Source: Syntrophorhabdaceae bacterium
GTDB taxonomy: Bacteria > Desulfobacterota > Syntrophorhabdia > Syntrophorhabdales > Syntrophorhabdaceae
NCBI GenBank assembly: GCA_963666485.2
Contig: CAXXUO010000002.1
Span: 128,001-192,000, forward strand
Length of the DNA stretch: 64,000 nt
Reading direction: 5' to 3'
The position numbers and the translations under genes were made by a program. Positions within the stretch are counted from its first letter, which is position 1, and each line of letters opens with the position of its first letter. The notes under the pieces are model-generated. The model searched no databases. It had not been told where the DNA came from and saw only the letters and a program-made list of their open reading frames with translations. Positions 58,068-64,000 of this stretch are shown in pieces.

Positions 58068-58275
58068 AAATGGGCTATGGGCGATGGGCTATGGGCGATG
58101 GGGAGGGAGGATGATCCGCCTGAAATGGGCGGTAGGCGAACGGGGCTTTGTTGTTTCCTATTGCCCATCACCTATTGCCCATTGCCCATCACCTATTGCC
58201 CATTGCCCATCGCCTATTGCCCATCACCCATCGCCTATTGCCCATCGCCCATTGCCCATCGCCTATTGCCCATCA
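58068..58275. repeat. Inverted heptamer tandem-repeat element
   Basis: Five NNATGGG units at 58068-58102 face 17 CCYATYR units at 58157-58275. Confidence 0.95.
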
Positions 58276-58288
58276 CCTCTTTTATTCA

Positions 58289-58318
58289 TTGACACCCGAC
58301 GCTGCCGCATACTATAAC
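58289..58318 (+). promoter_or_regulatory. Putative sigma70 promoter for the small secreted proteins
   Basis: TTGACA-N18-TATAAC, ending 26 nt before ATG 58345. Confidence 0.6.
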
Positions 58319-58344
58319 CAACAAAAATATTGCGGAGGAACCGG

Positions 58345-58581
58345 ATGAAAAAAAGCCTCACGATCATTGCTGCCATTCTGATCATTCTTGCCGTTGCGTG
58401 CCCATCGTTCGCCGCACCAAAAAAGGGGCCTCCCTGGAAAGCCAGCGAAGAGCCGGCGGCAAAGGTCGAAAAAAGCAACACCATGACCAAACCCCAGAAG
58501 GCAGCGCCGGTCCAGGACAAAACGCCGGCAGCGAATAAAAAAACAGAAAAGGGATCATGGGATTGGGGAAACAAGAAATAG
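58345..58581 (+). CDS. Small secreted Lys-rich protein
   Basis: GGAGG RBS; signal peptide ending PSFA; K/A/P-rich mature part. Confidence 0.75.
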   Translation: MKKSLTIIAAILIILAVACPSFAAPKKGPPWKASEEPAAKVEKSNTMTKPQKAAPVQDKTPAANKKTEKGSWDWGNKK

Positions 58582-58630
58582 TGATCCATTGACAGCATCA
58601 CAAATATAAAATGTTCCAGGAGGAAACAAG

Positions 58631-58873
58631 ATGAAAAAACTTTTTACCGTTTTCTTTGTACTGTTCGTCGTCCTCACCTTCGCATGCGCATCCTTCGCAG
58701 CGACAATAAAGAAGGTCGATGAACCCGCAGTCAAGCTTCAGCCGGGCGAAGCCGCCACGAAGGTGGACAAAACCAACAAGGCCCAACAGTCAGTGAAAGA
58801 CAAGAAAGTCCCCCCGGTCAAGCCCAACGGAGCAGAAAAAGCCGGAGCAGCAAAAGCCGGAGCAGCAAAATAA
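58631..58873 (+). CDS. Small secreted Lys-rich protein
   Basis: AGGAGG RBS; signal peptide ending ASFA; KAGAA x2 encoded by a 15-bp direct repeat. Confidence 0.78.
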   Translation: MKKLFTVFFVLFVVLTFACASFAATIKKVDEPAVKLQPGEAATKVDKTNKAQQSVKDKKVPPVKPNGAEKAGAAKAGAAK

Positions 58874-58885
58874 GAGGACTGGTAA

Positions 58886-58928
58886 AAGCAATGGGTAATA
58901 GGGATCTTTTTCTTATTACCCATTGCTT
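58886..58928. terminator. Hairpin between convergent genes, built from the heptamer-family units
   Basis: AAGCAATGGGTAATAGG / CTTATTACCCATTGCTT, a 17-bp stem with one G-U pair. Confidence 0.65.
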
Positions 58929-58933
58929 ATTTC

Positions 58934-58974
58934 GCCGTTAGCCGTACGCCGTTAGCCGTTAGCCGTTAGCCGTT
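58934..58974. repeat. GCCGTTA heptamer tandem repeat (about six copies) overlapping the ppnP stop codon
   Basis: GCCGTTA GCCGTAC GCCGTTA GCCGTTA GCCGTTA GCCGTT. Confidence 0.9.
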
Positions 58975-59280
58975 CCCATACGAACAGCAATAATCCGTCA
59001 GTGTCTTAACCTTCAAACTGAACTTCGACTCCCCGGGCACCTCAAACACATCCCCTTCCTTGAAGCTTGCCCACCCGGCGGCGCCGGGCAGCATCACGTC
59101 GAGGTCGCCGGCAAGGATCTCCATGATCTCCTTCTCGGCGGTGCCGAACTCATACTCCCCGGGGAACATGATCCCGAGGGTCTTTTTTGACCCGTCCGGG
59201 AAGATCACGGTACGGCTCGTGACCTTGCCCTCGAAATAGACGTTCGCTTTCTTGACGATCGTTACATTTTTGAATTCCAT
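58966..59280 (-). CDS. ppnP: Pyrimidine/purine nucleoside phosphorylase
   Basis: [35 protein letters not shown] and DYCCSY motifs. Confidence 0.92.
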   Translation of the reverse strand: MEFKNVTIVKKANVYFEGKVTSRTVIFPDGSKKTLGIMFPGEYEFGTAEKEIMEILAGDLDVMLPGAAGWASFKEGDVFEVPGESKFSLKVKTLTDYCCSYGNG

Positions 59281-59326
59281 CGCAACCCCTTTCTTTTCCT
59301 GTTATCGGGACCCTTAGTTTATGTCC

Positions 59327-60316
59327 TTATCGGCCTGCGACGACGCGCAGTTCCGCGAGCAGGTTGTCTTCTACATCGATGATGCCTGATTCACGCCGCT
59401 CACGCGCGAGACGGCCTTCCCGCTCTCCCGGCATGCATATCTCTTCCACCCCGGGCAGCTTCTTTGTGGATGTGACCTTGCCTGCGATCTCTGCGACGTT
59501 GCGCACGAACGTGTCCCGATCCATAAGGAGCTCCGGGTCGATGGCAAACATCAGGTGTCCCCAGTTGCCCTTGCTGTCACCGAGCCCGCAGTATGCCGCG
59601 CCCACGAGCGGCCCGGCAAGGATCTCCGCCACGAGCGCGAGGCCCGATCCTTTGTAGCTGCGGTCGAAGGAACGGATGGCACCCTCGATCGCCTTTTGCG
59701 GATCGGTCGTCGGTTTTCCCTCGCTGTCGTACGCGAAATCGTCCGGGATGCTCCTGCCCGCCGTCTTCGCTTCCACGAGGCCGAAATAGGACGTCGCTGC
59801 CGTTGACATATCGAGCACGATGGGGTCCTGTGGGGCGGGGATGGCGACGGCCAGGGGGTTCGTACCGAACACGGGCTCGTACGATCCATACACGGCGACC
59901 CGCTGGGGTGAGCGGCTGAACGCGAAACCGATCATCCCGTCTTCTGCAAACCGCGAGGCGTAGTAGCCTATCGCGCCCGACGACGTGTTCGTGTTGAATG
60001 TCCCGACAATCGCGAACCCTGCTCTCCTGGCCTTTTCCCTCACGATCTCGACGGCCCTGCCCGCAACGAGCATGGCATGGTTCTTGTTGCCGTTGACCCG
60101 CGCTGAAATGGGCGTTTCCTTTTCGATCACGATCTGCCCGGCGTTCGGGTCTTTCGGGATGCCCGGCCCGATGAGCTTTACTATTCCCTGGTTGTTGTCC
60201 CGCAACTGGGCATAGAGAAGCACGTCGGCGATGATATTCACTTCGTCATCGTTATAGCCGAATTTTTTTATGGCACTGCGGGTCAGTTCTTCGAGTTCTT
60301 TAACGGGTATCTGCAT
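59327..60316 (-). CDS. Ldh_2 (AllD/ComC/DpkA-like) family oxidoreductase
   Basis: FGTNPLAVAIP, VLDMST, YKGSGLAL.EILAG, AIDP and PGE motifs; start ATG 60316 with AGGAG RBS. Confidence 0.88.
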   Translation of the reverse strand: MQIPVKELEELTRSAIKKFGYNDDEVNIIADVLLYAQLRDNNQGIVKLIGPGIPKDPNAGQIVIEKETPISARVNGNKNHAMLVAGRAVEIVREKARRAGFAIVGTFNTNTSSGAIGYYASRFAEDGMIGFAFSRSPQRVAVYGSYEPVFGTNPLAVAIPAPQDPIVLDMSTAATSYFGLVEAKTAGRSIPDDFAYDSEGKPTTDPQKAIEGAIRSFDRSYKGSGLALVAEILAGPLVGAAYCGLGDSKGNWGHLMFAIDPELLMDRDTFVRNVAEIAGKVTSTKKLPGVEEICMPGEREGRLARERRESGIIDVEDNLLAELRVVAGR

Positions 60317-60454
60317 GATGATCTCCTGAAATGATATCTCCGGCCGCGTGGGCTCCACGGCGGCGCTCCGCCATTGTAATATGCCCGCTCTGTCCGCTTC
60401 AATGAAAAAGAGAAATGAAAAATACGGGGTGCCGATGCGAAGGGTCGGAACGCG

Positions 60455-61378
60455 CTATTTCCGGGACGCCATCCGGTCCACGACCGGGACCGCTTTCTGA
60501 GGATCATTCAGCTTCGTCACGCCGAATATATACGCACCCGACTGCCGGATGCACGTTCCCTTGTACAGCGGGTCGTTCACTATCAGGGTTGCCCCACCCT
60601 TGACGGCCGCCCTGTCGATCCTGACCCCCGATCTTTCGAGGTATTCAACGTAGCTGAGATAAGCGCCGGATGAATCGCCGGGAGAGGTGTTCAGGATCAC
60701 AAAAATTTTTCCCGTCTGGCCGTCAATTGTCATATCCGCGGTCAGGCCCTTTTTGAAGAACGCATACCCGAGGACACCATGCGCGATATACCGGACCGTA
60801 TCGGGTTTCACGCCGGGAATCGTTATCAGGGCTACCTCTCCGGGGGCAGAAGATTCCCCGGGCATCTTCCGGTCTATCTCCCGGGCAGCCGCGACGAGCT
60901 TATCTCTCGCTCCTGCCACTGTGCCGGACGCGGACAGGCGTACAAAGTACCGCCCCTTGTAAAACATGAGCTGGGAATCGTCGACAAACCCGTCGGCCCC
61001 GAGCTTTATTTTTTCTGCGTCCGGATCACGGTAATTCGAGTATATACCGAATGCATCGATATGCGATCCCATTGTATAGATATCGGCAACGATCCCTGAC
61101 GCGGTATCGCCGCCCGTACTGTAGAAGGCCGATGACAGCGAATCGAAGCCGTACGGCATGTAAAGTTCGGCCTCGCCGTTGATGTATGTGTAGAGGTTCC
61201 CGGCATTATAATGGCCGATGTTCCCGGACAACGCCCACCCCTGTAAAAAACCGGGCGCCGGCAGGAAATTGTCTGCATCCGCCGCACCGGCCGGTGAGCC
61301 GGATGCGAAGGAGAACGTGAGCATCATTGCCATGCCGACGATCAGGACCACATATCTCAGCCTTGTGCGCGCGATCAT
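60455..61378 (-). CDS. Exported DUF6599-like protein
   Basis: Signal peptide; NLYTYINGEAELY..YGF, DIYTMG...AFGIYS and KGRYFVRL motifs. Confidence 0.75.
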   Translation of the reverse strand: MIARTRLRYVVLIVGMAMMLTFSFASGSPAGAADADNFLPAPGFLQGWALSGNIGHYNAGNLYTYINGEAELYMPYGFDSLSSAFYSTGGDTASGIVADIYTMGSHIDAFGIYSNYRDPDAEKIKLGADGFVDDSQLMFYKGRYFVRLSASGTVAGARDKLVAAAREIDRKMPGESSAPGEVALITIPGVKPDTVRYIAHGVLGYAFFKKGLTADMTIDGQTGKIFVILNTSPGDSSGAYLSYVEYLERSGVRIDRAAVKGGATLIVNDPLYKGTCIRQSGAYIFGVTKLNDPQKAVPVVDRMASRK

Positions 61379-61390
61379 ACCGTTTTGTCC

Positions 61391-62566
61391 TTATGCATAC
61401 ATTGTCAGGGCCGTGCGCATCTTTGATGCGATATCGAGACCGTTCACACACTGCGCCGTGCACACGCTGCAGCCAAGGCACGCAGATGCCCGTGCCGCAG
61501 AGGGAAGCTCGTAATATGTCGACCGGGCAAGCTCCATGTTCCCGTAGCCCTGGGCATACATCAGCGACCTGTTTATCGTGCTTATCGCGACATGGTTGGG
61601 GCACGTCCCTTCGCATTCCCCGCACATATGGCAGTAATAGGGGCGGATCGCCTGCCCGTACCTCTTCAGGATCTCCTCGTCCTTTCCTGTGAGCTTCATT
61701 CCCATGACCGACATGTCCTCGCGGAGCATGCTCATGTCCTTCATGCCCGGGATCGCGGCGGTCACGTTGGTGTCGTCGAGGGCCCATTTCAATGCGGCCT
61801 GGTGGGGACTCAAGCCGCCGAGCGCCCCTGTCTGATATCCCCCCGCCTGCGTCTTCATCGCTATGACCCCGATCCCCGCCCCCGCGGCGCGCTTGATCGC
61901 CGCTTTCAACTCGGGAGGGCTCGTAAAGTTATAACCGACCAGCACGGTATCGAAAAATTTTTCGGGATCGTCGACCACGGCGTTCAGTACCTCGGCCTGG
62001 TTGGTATGGGTCGTGACGCCAAGGAAACGGACCTTCCCCTGTTTGCGAAGCTCGACGTACGCCTCGCGGACCTCCCGGGAGAATACACGTTCCTTGTCCG
62101 TCAGGTTGTGCATCTGAATGATGTCTACATGGTCCGTCTTGAGTTTTGTGAGGCTTGTTTCGACGTCCTCAAAAATTTCCTTCTTCGTGCTCGAAGAAGG
62201 CTTGGTCTTTGTGGCTATATACAATTTGTCGCGTATTCCCCGCACGGCCTGGCCGACAATCTCCTCGTTCCGGCCGTTCATGTACCGCCGTGCCGTGTCG
62301 ACATAATTCACTCCCAGGTCGAGAGCGGCCCGTATCACCTCGTGTTCAGGGGTCAGCATTGCCCCGAAACTGACAACTGTTATCTTGAGCCCCGTTCGTC
62401 CGAGCGTCCGGTAGACCGGGCTCGGGGGAAACGTGCCCGCCTGTCCCGCGGCGTTTTCCAGGACACCGCCGAGTCCGGTAAGGCCCGTGGCAACCGTCGC
62501 GGTAAAAGCGCTCAACTTCAGGAAATCCCTTCGGCTGATCCCTCCCGAACCGCTCTTTTTACCCAT
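61391..62566 (-). CDS. Aldo/keto reductase with a Tat signal and a C-terminal Fe-S domain
   Basis: SRRDFLK; YRTLGRTGL, DTARRY and IAMK; CHMCGEC...CP and CLGC..C...C. Confidence 0.9.
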   Translation of the reverse strand: MGKKSGSGGISRRDFLKLSAFTATVATGLTGLGGVLENAAGQAGTFPPSPVYRTLGRTGLKITVVSFGAMLTPEHEVIRAALDLGVNYVDTARRYMNGRNEEIVGQAVRGIRDKLYIATKTKPSSSTKKEIFEDVETSLTKLKTDHVDIIQMHNLTDKERVFSREVREAYVELRKQGKVRFLGVTTHTNQAEVLNAVVDDPEKFFDTVLVGYNFTSPPELKAAIKRAAGAGIGVIAMKTQAGGYQTGALGGLSPHQAALKWALDDTNVTAAIPGMKDMSMLREDMSVMGMKLTGKDEEILKRYGQAIRPYYCHMCGECEGTCPNHVAISTINRSLMYAQGYGNMELARSTYYELPSAARASACLGCSVCTAQCVNGLDIASKMRTALTMYA

Positions 62567-62742
62567 ATACGCCTCCTTAAATCCGGGTATGTGTTATGGA
62601 TCATGCGACACCGGTCATATTCTATCAGGTCTTTGAGAAACGTGCACGCTATAAAAATTCCAATTTCACTTTGGCATTAAACTGTTGTTAAAAGGAGGGC
62701 GCGGATGGCTATCTTAAAGCATGCTGCGCGAATACAGGGGCC

Positions 62743-62931
62743 TTAACGGATGATCTGCCGGTAAACGGCCGCTTGTCCATCCGGGATATCGGGCACAGTC
62801 TTTATGACGCGCAGGGGGGGCTTCGCGGGCCCGGTCTTCGAACGGGTCAGTTTCATGGTGTTCATGATAATGCCCGGTATACACAGTGCGATCACGATAA
62901 GACCGATCTTGATAAAGAGTCTCAATTCCAT
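62743..62931 (-). CDS. Small single-TM hypothetical protein
   Basis: GGAGG RBS before ATG 62931; MELRLFIKIGLIVIALCIPGII... Confidence 0.55.
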   Translation of the reverse strand: MELRLFIKIGLIVIALCIPGIIMNTMKLTRSKTGPAKPPLRVIKTVPDIPDGQAAVYRQIIR

Positions 62932-63037
62932 GTAAGCCTCCGCACGGGAAATGGATGGATACATTCCATTTATCGGCGGAAATGCTCCTTACTTAAATCC
63001 TTCCTCTCCCACCCCTGTTCCGATCATTCACCACACC

Positions 63038-63154
63038 TGTCTCATTCCCGATACAGTACTGTTTCACAGGTGAAGCATTTTTTTGCAAACAGCGTAAAGA
63101 ATCACATGTCTTTTCAACATGTTATATTTTACCTCACATGGCATATTTATTGCT
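63038..63154 (+). promoter_or_regulatory. Putative sigma54 promoter with tandem activator palindromes and an IHF-like site
   Basis: TGGCATATTTATTGCT at 63139-63154; TGTCTCA-N4-CGATACA at 63038-63055; TGTTTCA-N4-TGAAGCA at 63060-63077; TTTCAACATGTTA at 63112-63124. Confidence 0.7.
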
Positions 63155-63320
63155 GTATAATGATTGCACAGCATACCACACGTGTGTTCGCTTACGACGA
63201 TCTCAATAACGGCGAGGCACACCGGAATAATAGAAATGCTCCATTTGTGCTCAAGGGGGATGTTTGGCTGATAGAAGCCTTGAGGATACCGGCGATCGCG
63301 AGAGGGCCTCGACGGGGAAC

Positions 63321-64000
63321 ATGCCGATCTTTAAGAGCAAGGGAATAGCCTTACTGGGCGCCGCTATTCTCGTTGCGGCAATTGCGCTGGTGATCTGGAC
63401 GATCGTGAAAACGGACCGGCAGATGCGGGTTGACATTATCCGCCAGGCGTACTTCATGGCCCAGGCCGCGAACGTGAACCGCGTCAGGGCGTTGACGGGT
63501 ACCGACGCCGACCTTTCATTTTCTTCTTATCAGAGACTCAAGGAACAGTTCGCAACCGCAAAGCAAATAAACGATAAGACCCGTTCGATCTATCTCATGG
63601 GCCGCAGGCTCGACGGCGCGATCATTTCCCTTACGGACACGGAAGAGCCCGGTTCGAGAAAGTATCTGCCTCCCGGCCAGGTTTTCCAGGAGGTCCCGGA
63701 AAGCCTTCGCCAGGTCTTCGCCACGCATGACCCGGTGGCACGGGGGCCCTATACGGACAAGGAGGGTACATGGATAACGGCCCTCGTGCCCATATACGAT
63801 CCCCAGACCGTGGCAACCGGGATTGCGACCCCCGCCGACGCGCAATCCATGGTGCATAAGGCACGGGAATTTTTACGCAAGAACGGGCGGGACCGCTTGC
63901 TGGATGAGGCCGGCAGGCCCGGCGGACAATTCCAGAAGGGCGATCTTTATGTATTCGTCTATGACCGGAACATGACGCTTCTCGCACACCCTGTCAAAAT
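63321..64000 (+). CDS. Partial membrane sensor with Cache-type periplasmic domains (runs off the window)
   Basis: Manual translation MPIFKSKGIALLGAAILVAAIALVIW...YQRLKEQF...IYLMGRR.DG...GPYTDKEGTWITALVPI...GQFQKGDLYVFVYD...LAHPVK is open to the end of the window. Confidence 0.85.
   Translation, partial: MPIFKSKGIALLGAAILVAAIALVIWTIVKTDRQMRVDIIRQAYFMAQAANVNRVRALTGTDADLSFSSYQRLKEQFATAKQINDKTRSIYLMGRRLDGAIISLTDTEEPGSRKYLPPGQVFQEVPESLRQVFATHDPVARGPYTDKEGTWITALVPIYDPQTVATGIATPADAQSMVHKAREFLRKNGRDRLLDEAGRPGGQFQKGDLYVFVYDRNMTLLAHPVK

Noticed and set aside
58157..58275. Possible CRISPR array
   Set aside because: The units are contiguous 7-mers with no unique spacers, and no cas genes are in the window.
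58023..58348. ORFs with PIAYC/PSPIAH/LLPIAH repeats
   Set aside because: They are translations of the heptamer array in three frames, with no RBS or coding character.
62773..63348. 191-aa plus-strand ORF
   Set aside because: It runs through the sigma54 promoter region and opposite a small gene, with no recognisable features.

Overview
This is a 64 kb chromosomal segment from an anaerobic, GC-rich bacterium; the gene content and style suggest a deltaproteobacterial syntroph such as a Syntrophorhabdus relative (inference). I saw no rRNA, tRNA, CRISPR array or transposase. Main blocks: (1) an AT-rich left end (1-~2600) with a TolC export operon divergent from three small hydrophobic peptide genes, two of them paralogous; (2) a four-gene operon encoding a K+-channel/TrkA-N protein, a TIGR04222-like membrane protein with a six-Cys Gly/Ser tail, a radical SAM/SPASM enzyme and a nucleotidyltransferase, which is the best candidate for an undescribed protein-modification system; (3) a MenA-like prenyltransferase, a CPBP protease and a 5'-truncated M50/HlyD secretion pair; (4) multi-PAS sensor kinases showing duplication, an internal deletion and probable homopolymer sequencing errors; (5) assorted transport and envelope genes; (6) a convergent arginine/ornithine catabolic cluster (aminotransferase, ALDH7-type dehydrogenase and ornithine cyclodeaminase-like gene facing 2-oxoacid oxidoreductase alpha/beta/gamma, a flavoprotein-delta fusion, ferredoxin, an ArcE-like synthetase and carbamate kinase); (7) a dispersed family of inverted heptamer repeats and two sigma54-type promoters with the same upstream palindrome at identical spacing. 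All family calls come from motifs recognised by eye; no database search was run.
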